Part shown: positions 49,949 through 61,375 of the stretch, in pieces
How positions within the stretch are numbered: the stretch's first letter is position 1
How the letters are laid out: each line of letters opens with the position of its first letter
Made by a program: the position numbers and the translations under genes
Source of the DNA: Gekko japonicus
Taxonomy: Eukaryota
Length of the DNA: 64,000 nucleotides
Assembly: GCF_001447785.1 (NCBI RefSeq)
Contig: NW_015167073.1
Location: 246,692 to 310,691, forward strand
Direction: 5' to 3'
Notes under the pieces: model-generated
Seen by the model: the letters and a program-made list of their open reading frames with translations, nothing else
The model's database searches: none
What the model was told of the DNA's origin: nothing

Positions 49949-51669
49949 GGGCTTTTGGCTCACCAGAAAAGGAGAACCAGGAGGCCTACATGGATGAAAA
50001 GCATTTAGGATAGGGGCTGTAGCAAGGTGGCCAAGACTGAAGTCCCATAGCAACTTAAAGACCCAACAAGATTTCCATGGTATTTCTCGAAAGTTTATAC
50101 CCTGGAAATCTTGTTGGTTTCTAAGGTGCTATCGGACTGGAACCTTGCCATTCTACTGCAGGCCAACACAGCTACCCACCCAAAACTGTAGTAAGGAGGG
50201 AAGTTCTTTTGAGTGAAAAAACTGACTAGATCCAACCCTATCAAAGTTAACCATCTTAATAAAACCTGGGAATCCTCAGTAGTTTCTAGTGTCAACTACT
50301 ACAAGCCATGGTAGCTACAGGGCACCTCCATTATCCAGAGGCAGAAAAAATGCTCAGTACCAGTGCTAGGAGGCAATATTGGCAAAGGCCTCGGCCTCTG
50401 TTGGCCCTCTTGTTTTCTTATGTGCTGTGTGCCACTTCTTTTCAAGAACAAGGGGGAATATCTAGGATCTTTAATGCTGTCCTCAAGGCAAGAGGCTGAA
50501 GCACCAAAATGTTTCCCTTGACCTTGTGTGTGTAAAGTGTCTTCAAGTTGCAGTCAATTCAAGGAGACCCCAGCCAAGGGCTTTCAGGGCAAGCGAGAAG
50601 AAGGTCTGCCATTGCCTTCCTCTGCAGAGCCTTCCTTGGTGGTCTCCCTTCCAAGTACTGACCCTGCTTAGCTCCTGAGATCTGACAAGATTAGGCCATA
50701 CACCGTGCCATCTTCCCTCCTTCCCTGACATTAGTTCTGGAGAAACTGATATGCGATTGGTTTGATCGTGTTGGGACACTTTCAAAGAGCACTGGTTTTT
50801 CTTTTTGTCTTTTATTTAGGCTCTCAAGTTAAGAGAAATTAAGGGCGATGAGAGGCAGAAAGGGATGAGAGGAAAGTGCCCAATCCCTCTTCAGGCAGTG
50901 TATTAAGTGAAGTCAATACCTTTTCAGGATGGAGAATGTCCACACCCATAGACACATCAGTGACCAAAATTAGTTCCACACCTCCCCATTGTATACTGCA
51001 ACATATAAGCGTTACCTCAGTTCTCGACTCAGGCATTCCTCAAATGGTGACACATTTTTCTTGCCGGTGGCTAACATTAAAGCATACAACAACCGGGTGG
51101 TTTTTAGTCTCCTTTCTGGTGCCAGATGTTTAAAAAATGAGGTGAAAGACGACTGGATTGTCCTTGATTATGGGTGACATTTTCTCTCACTCAGCGATGG
51201 AGGTTTTTCTATGCTGCTCTGAAAGAGCTGTTGACTGTCGTTTTCTTCTTCCACTATGAAAACTTCAAGCTGGAAAAATGACAAGATCCTCTAGAATAAA
51301 TTATGGGCCATATTACTGGTTGGGAATACACTGTAGGGTTGATTGAGTCTCGGAGCCTCCATTCCAAAGAGGAAGGAAGAACACAGCGATATCCATCTTT
51401 TCCAAGGAGGTCCTTCAAAGCTCAGGCCAGTGTGGGAGCTGCTTTGAGATAAATGGTTCATCGACTCTATCTATATCTGGACTGGCAGCACAACTTCTGG
51501 ATCTCTGATAGATAGACTTCCATAATGTCCATAAACTTAAATAAACTTCCATAAATTAAAGCCTCTTAAAATAAAGAGTCCACACAACCTATTTTCTTCA
51601 ACTGTTTGACTACTCTCAGCATTAGAAGACTGACAGCATTGTGGTGTCTTTCCCTGTGACCTGTCCAAG

Positions 51670-51795
51670 ATTCAAGGATTCAGTAACGTAATAAAGACTG
51701 TGGATATACTCCACAGTTACTAGTCTGATCCCTGTGGTACTTTTCCTCTGGTTCATTAGCTGTCTGTTTGCTCCTTTAACCTCTTGGGTGTCTCA
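51670..51795 (-). promoter_or_regulatory. Conserved putative OR promoter block (OR5)
   Basis: tcatta at 51753-51758; homologous block. Confidence 0.55.
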
Positions 51796-52141
51796 AGCAC
51801 TCAGAGCACTTAGAAAAGAGTTATATAATTTTTTGGGGGGGTTTCTTTTTTACTTTGCAGCTTTTCAAATCATTTGTAAGCTGTTGGCAAAGAAGAAGAA
51901 GAGAGGAAAAGGAATTTTCATATTTATTTCTTTCATTTATAGCCCACCTGGCCATCAAGGCACTGAGAATAGGGATGAACCAGTCTGTCAGTTTGAAGCT
52001 CTTTTAGAATTAAATCCAGAGTCCACATTTCCCTCTCATGATTTCTTTTCTTTTCTTTTTTAATTCCAAGATAGGTTGTATTTTTTTCCAATTGTTGTTT
52101 ATAACTCTATTACGTCCAATCATAAGAACATAAGAGACGCC

Positions 52142-53195
52142 TGTATAGAGAAATTGCTTTCTGCTTTCTATATCCACATGCCTTCTCCAGTGATGTCTTT
52201 TGATAACATGCTGTGTCTCTGTTTCCTGTTGCAGGCCAAATGGTCCAGGGCAGACCAAATGGCCTGAACTACCTAAATAGCCATGCCATATAACCACACA
52301 TTCTTTAACACCTCTAAGTGAAAGAGCCAGACCTGATAGCTCCTGGCTCTGGTGCTCATGGAGCATGTCATGTACACCATGGAGAAGCTGGAAGCTGGGT
52401 CACCTGACTGCAGGCGGGGCTCTAAACTTCTAGCCTATCCCCACACACAGCTATGACAACCAACAATTGGGCACACCCATGCCCACTCGCAATTGACTAA
52501 TGGCCACAGCTAATTTGTGACTGGAATTGGGCTATAATTGATCGATCCCTATGGGGGTGGGGTCTCTCTTAGTTCTCTCCCTTCCTCCTCTTGTCAGAGT
52601 CTGTTTTATTGCACCTGAAATGCTGTCCCTTGCGAAACAAAGACCTGCTTTGTGACTTGGAGCACATGGCTTGTACGAGATGGGATTCCTACTCAAAATC
52701 CCTTGGTGCTACCTGGATTATCACCATGGACAATCTTGAACTCTTGGATGCTATCCTGACCTTGGTAACTATGTATCTTAAATGTGTAGTTAAGGCAAAT
52801 TGCCCTAGCCTTTGTTATTTTTGTAATCTTTTATAGTCTGTTGCTGTGCTCTGTACTGAATAAAGGTCCTGCTTATTTCTAACTTGTCTGTGATGTTGTA
52901 ACTTGGATTCCAAGTCTGAGTCTAGTGTCTAACGCTCACCCCATATGCTACCTTGGTAAGAGTAAAGCATGCATCTCTGAGCTAGGGTTGCTACTGTGTT
53001 AAATCCCAGATGCTAACTAAGGGCTGGAATCTCTCCCTTAGAAAATGCAGGGACTAGTTAAAGGAGGTTCTGGTGGCGCATTGTTCTGAAACCAGAGAGG
53101 GTATAGACCATCTCGTGGTTTGTTGTTTAATGTACTGAAAAAGTACAGGGTTCCCTCCCATCCCTGGACTGGCCTGAGGGGGCTAATCCTGTACA
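52142..53195 (+). mobile_element. 1054-bp solo LTR inserted in a retroposon 3' end
   Basis: Ends tgtata / tgtaca; 5-bp TSD acgcc; TATA about 52535, AATAAA about 52859; host cataagaacataagag...ttggatcaggcc is split. Confidence 0.85.
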
Positions 53196-53522
53196 ACGCC
53201 AATTTTGGATCAGGCCAAAGGCCCATCGAGTCCAACACTCTGTGTCACACAGTGGCCAGAAATACCAGTGCCATCAGGAGGTCCAGCAGTGGGGCCAGGA
53301 CAGTAGAACCCCTCCCACTGTTGACCCCCCCCAAGCACGGTTGACCCCCCCCCCCCCCGAAGTTCCCAGACACAGGGTCATTCTACCATAATAGAGAAAT
53401 TTGGTATTTTTAATTCCTGGTGGCAGCAGTAATCTACCAAGTTTATGTGAACATAGTGTGTTTTGAAGGAAAAACCGTCTCCCCAATAAGGAGGACGTCA
53501 CACCAACTGTCAACCTTTTCAT

Positions 53523-54449
53523 TTAAAGCCTTCGAAGCACCTTGACCACTGCACCATGGACATCTTTATTCCGCAGGGTGTAAATGATCGGGTTGAGCAG
53601 GGGAGTGACCACAATGTAAAAGACTGCAATTTTCTTGTCAAAATCAGAACCTGAGCCCAACCCAGGCCGCATGTACATAGTGATGACAGTACCATAGAAC
53701 ACGGTGACCACTATCAGGTGGGAGGCACATGTGGAAAAGGCCTTACGCCGTCTTGTCGTTGTCCTCATTTTTAATATTGAGAACAGAATGAGCCCGTATG
53801 AAGTCAGAATAACAGCCAAGGGACCCAGGAGGATCAGTGCAGCTGTCCCCAAAACAACCTTTTCCGTAATATGGGTTTCAGCGCATGCAAGCTTCAGCAC
53901 AGCTGGCAACTCACAGACAAAGTGGTTTATGTGGCTGGGGCCACAGAAAGGATGGCGAAAGGTGCAGCTCACGTTTACCGTTGCGAGGAGGATGCCTAGT
54001 CCCCAGCAGAAGGAAGCCAGCTGCAACTGGTGCCACCTGTCCATGGCGATTGCATATAGTAAGGGGCGGCAGATGGCCAAGTAGCGGTCATAGGCCATGG
54101 CACTCAGCAGGACACATTCGGTGCCCCCCAGGGTCAATATCAAGTGCATCTGTATGGCGCAGCCTATGAAGGAGATGGTCCGGTTCCCGGACAGAAGGTT
54201 CAACAATGCCTGGGGTAACGTGCTGGTGACGTAACACATCTCCATGGCTGCCAGGTGAGTGAGGAAAAAATACATGGGGGTATGGAGGCGAGAGTCGGCC
54301 CGCACCAAAACGATGACCACTCCGTTACCCACGAGGGTGAACAAGTAGATGACAAGGATGACCACAAAGAGCAGAACCTGCATCATGCGGTGGCTGGAGA
54401 GTCCCAGCAAGGTGAACTCCTTGACGGAGGTGAGGTTCTGAGTCACCAT
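53523..54449 (-). CDS. Olfactory receptor (class II) OR6, 308 aa, most divergent member
   Basis: Intact ORF from MVTQNLTS; LHTPMYFFL, MAYDRYLAIC, KAFSTCASH, YMRP and PLLNPIIYTLRNK motifs. Confidence 0.94.
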   Translation of the reverse strand: MVTQNLTSVKEFTLLGLSSHRMMQVLLFVVILVIYLFTLVGNGVVIVLVRADSRLHTPMYFFLTHLAAMEMCYVTSTLPQALLNLLSGNRTISFIGCAIQMHLILTLGGTECVLLSAMAYDRYLAICRPLLYAIAMDRWHQLQLASFCWGLGILLATVNVSCTFRHPFCGPSHINHFVCELPAVLKLACAETHITEKVVLGTAALILLGPLAVILTSYGLILFSILKMRTTTRRRKAFSTCASHLIVVTVFYGTVITMYMRPGLGSGSDFDKKIAVFYIVVTPLLNPIIYTLRNKDVHGAVVKVLRRL

Positions 54450-54605
54450 TCTTGGATTCTTGCCTGCAGAGAGAGAATGAAAGTGGAAGGGAAAGTGTCC
54501 TTCTCTGAGAACAGGACAACCTTTTAAAAATATATATATTGCGCTTTGATCTCCCCATCGCTATCATAAATGCAGGACAAATCTGTCAAATTCAGAATCT
54601 CCACC

Positions 54606-56081
54606 CAGGGCCGGCTCCAGGCGTTTTTGTGCCCTAGGCGGGGCTATCTTCTGGCGCCCCCCCGCCCACACGCCTACCAATTATGGGGGTTGCCAACCTC
54701 CAGGCGGGGCCTGGAGAGAAGGATCCCTATGGGTCCTTGCCCCCCTCCGCCGCCACATAAATCAGCTTGCTCTGGAGCCATTCCTTCCTGAGCCGAGACA
54801 AAAATGTGTGAGCTGGAGGCTAAAAAACTGTGAGCCAGCACACACTCACTCAGCTTAGAGGGAAGACTGCTTCCAGCGGAGCTGCAGAAAAGCACACACA
54901 TAAGCTGCAGTCTTTGCAAATGGGGGGGGGACAGACAGAGAGAGGAGGGGAGGGTCTGTCCTTTCCAGTCAGCTTGGAAATTCGCGCGCCCCGCAGGAAG
55001 AACGAAATGTCTCAACCCCTGATCCTATGGGTTATCTCTCCGGCCTTCCCCACCCCCACCAAGTGTCTTCTAGAGAAGGGGGGGTGGAAAGGGGGAGAGG
55101 GATTTCTGCATCGCAGCAGACGTGGGTGGATGGAAGTAAAGGGGAGAGGAAACTTCGCGCTGCTTTGGGAGACCAAAGAATTCTAAGCAAGATGAGTCGG
55201 TCTGTCTGTAGCTGGAGAAACGGGCAATTCCAGGAGCACCTTCAAGATTAACAACATTGGTGGCCGGGTGGGAGCTTTCGGGAGTCACTGCTCTCTTCTT
55301 CAGATACTTGGAACCAGCGCTCCCTCTGAGCTGTGGAGTGTTGTGGGCAAAAATGCTCCCTTGTGAGCTACCGGCGTTAAAGTTCCTTCCCTCCTTCCCT
55401 CCCGTCCGGCTTACCTTGGCCCTCCCCGAGGTGCCCCTCCCTGTCTGAGAAGTGGCGGCCCAGCCTTGCGGGGCAGCCTGTAAAGCGCCAACAAGTTCTC
55501 TTTCATTTTGGCCGAGGAGCAGCCACTTGACACCCCCGTGAGGGCCGTGAACATAACCGCCCCCCTTCCTCCCTCCCTTCCTCCCTCGAACGAGACCCGA
55601 GCAGCAGAGGAGAACGGAGAAGGCGCGCCGCGCGGAGAGGCTGCCCAGCGAGCCCCTGGGCGCTCCGCCTCGCCGGCTGAGGCACCCCTGACCCTAGCGG
55701 AGGGAAAACGAGGAGGGGAGGAGCGTCACTCACCACAGGCCGCGAACGCCGCCCCCTCCGCAATTTCTCTCTCCCTCGGCCGGCATAATTGGCAGCCTCT
55801 TTTGAAGCCCCTTCTCAGGGCGGGGCAGGCAGCCGGCAGCCGGCGGGGCTGTAGTACCTTGGCGCCCTCTGCCTCCTCGCCGCCTTCCTTCCTCCCTCCC
55901 TGCCCTGCTTCCCTCCCTTGAGTCACGGCAGAGAGAGAGCGCAAGAGAGGAGCGGGCCCCGGTTAGGGCGGCGGCGGGGCGCAGTTTGGCGCCCCTGAGA
56001 GCCGGCGCGCAGTTTGGCGCCCCTGAGAGCCGGCGCGCTCTAGGCGAGCACCTAGCTCGCCTAGCGGACGAGCCGGCCATG
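54606..56081. mobile_element. 1476-bp composite non-autonomous hAT element
   Basis: TIRs cagggccggct / agccggccatg; exact 8-bp TSD tctccacc; interior holds fragments of other MITEs and CpG-rich DNA. Confidence 0.85.
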
Positions 56082-56091
56082 TCTCCACCCA

Positions 56092-56705
56092 ATGACAGTC
56101 TACGAGAAAAGGCTGAGGGACTTGGAAATGATCAGTGTTGAGAAGAGGAGGTCGAGGGGGGGACATGATTGTTCTCTGTGAGTATTTGAAGGCTTGTCAC
56201 TTAGAGGAGGGCAGGGAGCTGTTCCTGTGGGCAGCAGAGGAGAGGACTCGCAATAATGGGTTTAAATTAAGGGCAGGAAGGTACCGGCTGGATCTCAGGG
56301 AAAACTTTTTCACAGTAAGAGGTGTGCAAAAGTGGAATCAGCTGCCTAGAGAGGTGGTGAGCTCCCCCTCACTGGCAGTCTAAAGGAACATCTGGACAAA
56401 CACTTGCCAGGGATACTCTAGGCTGATGCTGCACTGAGCAGGGTGTGGGACTAGATGGCCTGCAGTGCTCCCTCTAAGCTGAGTTGGTGTGAGCGAGCTC
56501 ACAGTTTTTTAGCCTGCGTCTCACACATTTTTGCCTTTGCTCAGGAAGGATGGCTCCAGAGCAAACTGATTTCTGCAGCAGCCAAATCGCTTGCTCACAA
56601 TGCCAGCAGCTCACCAAGTAGGATTTTTGCTCAGAAGACTCCACGCCTTAGAGGGAACATTGAGGCCTGTATGGCCCCTTCCAACTCTGCAATTCTATGT
56701 TTTCT
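56092..56705 (+). mobile_element. CR1 LINE 3' fragment, interrupted by a 206-bp MITE at 56463-56662
   Basis: YEKRLRDLEMISVEKRRSRG...GDMI ORF2 end; attctatg tail. Confidence 0.85.
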
Positions 56706-57139
56706 GTCTTTATCCTTCCTTCTTGAAGGCAACAGTCTTGGCTTTTACTTCCTTGTTTTATCCTTGCAATAACACTGCAAAGAGCTAGATCTGAGTCCAG
56801 TACCACCTTAGAGAAGAAGAAGATTTTTGGGGTATGAGCTTTCAAAAGACAAAGCCTTTGAGAACATGACTGGCCCAGGGTCAACCTGTGCGTTTCACAG
56901 CAGTGTGGAAATTTTAGTTCTGATATCCCAGGTGCTAGATTGACATGTTATCCACCACACTGCACTGGCTCTTCTTTTGATTCTCCAAGTTTCCTCAAAG
57001 ATAGTTTCAGGCCATGTCGGTCTGCTTTAGAAAAGCAAAGATTAAGCCCAGTAACACCTTAAAGATCAACACAATTCCCAGGGTATACAGTTTTGAGAGT
57101 CAAATCTGGCAAAGTAGGCATGAACTTTTGCTCTTCCAG

Positions 57140-57582
57140 GGCCCTGTCCACACGAGAGGATTAGGGCCGGGAAAGGGACGGAATGGGGGCAGAGCAAACG
57201 GGCGCGATCCCACCGCAACATCTGGGAAGCGTACCGTGTCCGTCCCCGATCCGGCCCTTCCAGCGATGATCCGCACCAAAAAAGAACCACCTACCGAGGT
57301 GGTTCTTTTCAAAGGGCCGCAGCAACGCTGGCCGTGGAATCGCCGGCGCGTTCCTTCGCCGGCGCATCCCCGGCTCCTTGCCGAACTGCGCATGCTCCGA
57401 CATAAGCAGTTCAGCAGACTCCCGTGCCTTTCTCCCCTTCTCCCCGGCATCTGATCGTGCCGGGGAGCAAATGCACAGCGGCTCAGGGGATCTGTATGAT
57501 CCCGCCGCCGCGTGCCTATTTAGGTGCGGCTTTTTAAAAGCCGCACTTTGGCCGTCCCTTCTTCCCTCGTGTGGCAGGGGCC
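57140..57582. mobile_element. PIF/Harbinger-type MITE
   Basis: TIRs ggccctgtccacacgag / ctcgtgtggcaggggcc; 3-bp TSD cag. Confidence 0.8.
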
Positions 57583-58326
57583 CAGGTTTCCCTTATCTGA
57601 ACTTACCTACCCTTACCTACTGTGAGAGGAATCCTTTGTTTGTTCTTCATATCCTTCCCCCCTTTAAAAAAAAGGATTTCTTTAGGGCTGAACTGAATTA
57701 TTCGGGGTGGAAATTCTGTAGCAGAAAAGGTGATTTCTCAGGGAGTATGCTTTCTTTAAAAGAAAGCAGAAAGGATCACCTGTACTATGAAATCAGGATC
57801 TCTTCCCTTCTCTTGGCTGCCCCCAGTGGTGTGAGAAGCAGGAACTCCTTTGCCTTAAGGGTGAACGGGTTCATTTGAGTCCCCCCCAGATATCTACGGC
57901 TTGCCTTTAAGACAGGCACATGCCACCATTTGAGGATACAGATACAGTGCTTCCACATGGTCAGCACAAAACATGGTTTGTTGCCTGGAGAAGATGACCC
58001 TTTCTGCGGTCTCTTTTTAATCCATGTTCATCGCAGTGTCCTCCAAGCAATTCTGCACTAAAGTTGAATTCAGCCTTCTTTTTAATCCAGTTTTCTCTCC
58101 CATTCTACATCACATCACCTCCTTTCAGTGGTCAGTCTGGTTTCAGCCTTCTGTTGACCCGGGTTATTTGGATGCTGTTTTGCTGTGGACTTCAACTGCC
58201 TCAAGTCAAACCCTGAGAAAATTCAGAGTGGCAGGCAAATGCAGAAAGAACTGATGTCAGATGAACAGTGAGCTCACACCTTAGCCAATTTTACAGTCCA
58301 TGCTGTACCTGACCATGGAGTGTGAC

Positions 58327-58650
58327 TAGGGCTATTTTGGGGCAGGAACGCACAGGAACGGAGTTCCAGCTGGCTCCCAAGTTGGCCACACCCAGCAGGA
58401 ACTCATTAGCATAATAGGCCACACCCAACAGCAGAAACTCATCAGGATTGGCTACATTAGGGGTGTGTGGCCTAACATGCAAAGGAGTTCCTGCTACAAA
58501 AAAAGGCCCTGGGTTTTGACAACAAACAAGGTAAACAGAATAACAAGCAAAAGGTGGGTGTGGTTGGATGACCACACTTCTGGTAACATGGGGGTGCGGC
58601 CTAATATGCTAATGAGTTTCTGCTGGGCTTTTTCTACAAAAAAAGCCCTG
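58327..58650. mobile_element. hAT MITE with duplicated right end
   Basis: Exact TSD agtgtgac; an internal end aaaaggccctg at about 58510 and the final end aaaagccctg. Confidence 0.85.
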
Positions 58651-58810
58651 AGTGTGACCATAGTGAGTGATCGTGCATACATTCTGGAATTTCTTTTGTA
58701 CATTTCTATGGGCTCCTGGGGGGGTGACCTCTCAGAGGAGGGGCAATGCAAAGAGCTTCTTAATAAAGCAGTTTCTTCTTCTTCTTCTTTTTAGATAGTT
58801 ATGTTTTGCT

Positions 58811-59082
58811 TTTGGTGTAGTGGTTAAGTGCGCGGACTCTAATCTGGGAGAACCGGGTTTGATTCCCCACTCCTCCACTTGCACCTGGCTGGATGACCTT
58901 GGACAAGCCGTAGTTCTGATAAGAGCTGTCCTCGAAAAAGAGCAGTTTCTGTCAGAGCTCTCTTGGCCCCACCTACTTCACAGGGTGTCTGTTGTGGGGA
59001 GGGGAAGGAGTTTGTAAGCCGCTCTGAGACCCCTTTGGGTAGTGAAGGGTGGGGTATAAATCCAATCTCTTCTTCTTCTTCT
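58811..59082 (+). mobile_element. tRNA/L2-tail SINE (minus-strand copies at about 59255-59495 and 61690-61948)
   Basis: Same family as 5255; (TTC)n tail. Confidence 0.82.
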
Positions 59083-59678
59083 TTTTCTCCTCAAAGGGGA
59101 GCCCAATGCAGTTGATAGCCCCAGTCTCCCCTCCTTCATTTTATCCTCACACCAATCACTCTGTGACACACATTGGGCTGAGAAGGAGAGTGACTGGCCA
59201 AGGTCACCCAGTGAGGAGGAGGAGGAGGGGAAGAAGAGGAAGGGGAGAAGTTACATTTATCCCCCGCCCTTCACTACCCGAAGGAGTCTCAGACTAGCTT
59301 ACAATCTCCTTTCCCCTCCCCTCCCCTCTCCCGTTAGGTAAGTGGGGCTGAGATAGCTCTTTTGAGAACCGCTCTCAGAGAACCATGACTGGCCCAAGGT
59401 CACCCAGCTGGCTTCATGTGGAAGGAGTGGGGAATCAAACCCAGTTCTCCAGATTAGAGTCTGCTGCTCTTAACCACTATGCCAAGCTGACTCTCATGGA
59501 AGCTAAACTTCCATGGCAGAATCAGGATTCAAACTGGGGTCTGCTAGAGCCTAATCCAGCTCTCTAACCACTTCAGTACGAGAGCTATTCCAAATTTGAA
59601 ATGCCTGTGGATGTCGGCTACCTGATTACAGAGGCCTATCTGCATCAGTTAACAATAGCCTATTATCTGAATGCCCAG

Positions 59679-60376
59679 TGTCACGGCTGCTGCTGAACAG
59701 GAGCACTTGGCCCCAGCAGGAGATCTAAGTACTGCTGGGGATGAGCATTTGGCCCCAGTAGAAGACCAAAGTACTGCTGGGGATGAGCTCTCGGCTCCTG
59801 AAAACCCCGCACCTGACAGGACTGAAGCCACAGAAGCTGCTCCAATAACAGCTGAAGCAGAATCACGCCGAATCAAAACTCCCCCTGACTCGCCTCCACT
59901 GGTATCCCACTTGTGGGGACAATGCCGACAGGAAATGGCATCCCAGCGTTGGGAGGCGTGCATGCATGGTAGGTGCTCTTTTAGCCCTGAGTACTAGCAG
60001 GAGCCGGGACACAATCAGGGTGCGCTAATTGCCGACAGCCTTACGAGCTATTTAGCTCTCTCACTCGTGCCAACTAGTTGTGCTAGCAACTAGTCGTTCT
60101 GGACGAAGCTTTGCACCTCACCACCCGTGTTCCTGTTCCAGCTCCTTGTTTTGACTTCTCGGCTCCTGACCTCGGCTCGTATGACTATGCTCCTGACCTG
60201 TACCTCGGACCTCTGACTCCCTGGCTTCTGACTTCTTTGGAACACTGGCTTTAACGACTACTCTAACGGTTGGTGATTTGGACTTGGTCTCTCGGTGTTT
60301 CTGCTTGCCCAGTTTGGACTTTGGACTGCTTTTGGACTACCTTGCTCTTGCCTGGCCTGGTACCGCGTTCGTGACA
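59679..60376. mobile_element. 698-bp solo LTR, Gypsy-like termini
   Basis: TIRs tgtcacg / cgtgaca; exact 5-bp TSD cccag. Confidence 0.88.
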
Positions 60377-61259
60377 CCCAGTAACATATAATCTTACCTG
60401 GGTTCTTCTCACTGGTGTTCCTCTACAACGAAGAAGGAAGCTTGCATGCTGCCCAGGTTCAGTTAAGGTGCACAGCAGCTGAGCGAGTTGGGTCCAGCTA
60501 TTTAATTCAAGATGATGGGGAACTCTTTGGAAGGTCAGGGGACTAGTAGAGCGTCCAGGGAGAAAATTTACAGCATTTCTCGTACGGGAGGTGATGTCTG
60601 GTGATTTCTTTCCCCCGGCTCTGAAAATTGCCCGCAGTAGCACCTAAGTAGCCTAAAAGTTTCATGCCTTTCCCCCCACTCCAGTTGGAATGCCTCTGAA
60701 ATTTCCTAGGTGGAAAAATGGCCAGAAGTGTCAAAAGCTCCTCTGAAATGAGTTATGGACCATGGACACATGCTACTTTAGAAAATCTTGGACACATTTT
60801 CTCCTTAGTTTGTTGCTATTAGTTATCAGGGTTTCTGTTTCTACGAGAAAGGCATACACAAATAAATGTCAATAGGACAGCTGTTGACCAGCTATTTTAC
60901 TTCTAGGATAGAAGCTACTTTATGCTGTGAAGTGGTCCACTTAGCCTAGCATCATCTTGTCTAGCAGCATATTTCCAAGGTTTCAAGTAAGATGTCCTTC
61001 CAAGCCAGGTTCCCAGAGATCCTTTAGCTGAAAATATGAGGAACTTCATACATATGTGCAGAGCATTAGCTCTTTGCCCAGGAGCCCTGTCTCTTAAACC
61101 ATTGTGGCCAATGCACCTCCAACCAGTTTGCAGATACCTAGAATGTAACAAGTAACACAATTTGGCTTTTCCCACTGCCTAAGAAATCTCAGCTTTGGAA
61201 GGCATGGCAGCAAGCTGCTTGGGGTTTTTCTTTTTTCCCTTCCTGGAGATTCTCAAAGA

Positions 61260-61375
61260 TTTGAGGATTCAGGAAGATGACAACGACTGTAGATCTGCTC
61301 TCCTGGGACTGCACCAGTCCCTTAATAGCTTGGGGTGATTAATGGTTGTTTGTTAGCTCAGTCTCTTGGGTCTGT
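61260..61375 (-). promoter_or_regulatory. Conserved putative OR promoter block (OR6)
   Basis: gaggattcag...ctgtagatctgctctcctgggactg...cagtccc...tgattaatggttgtttgtta; homologous to the OR2/OR3 blocks. Confidence 0.55.

Noticed and set aside
55400-56000. CpG island as promoter of an unannotated gene
   Set aside because: Enclosed by the TIRs and TSD of the composite hAT element, with no linked exons evident.
59671-59997. 108-aa Ala/Glu/Pro-rich ORF with short repeats
   Set aside because: Lies within the solo LTR 59679-60376; reflects internal tandem repeats.
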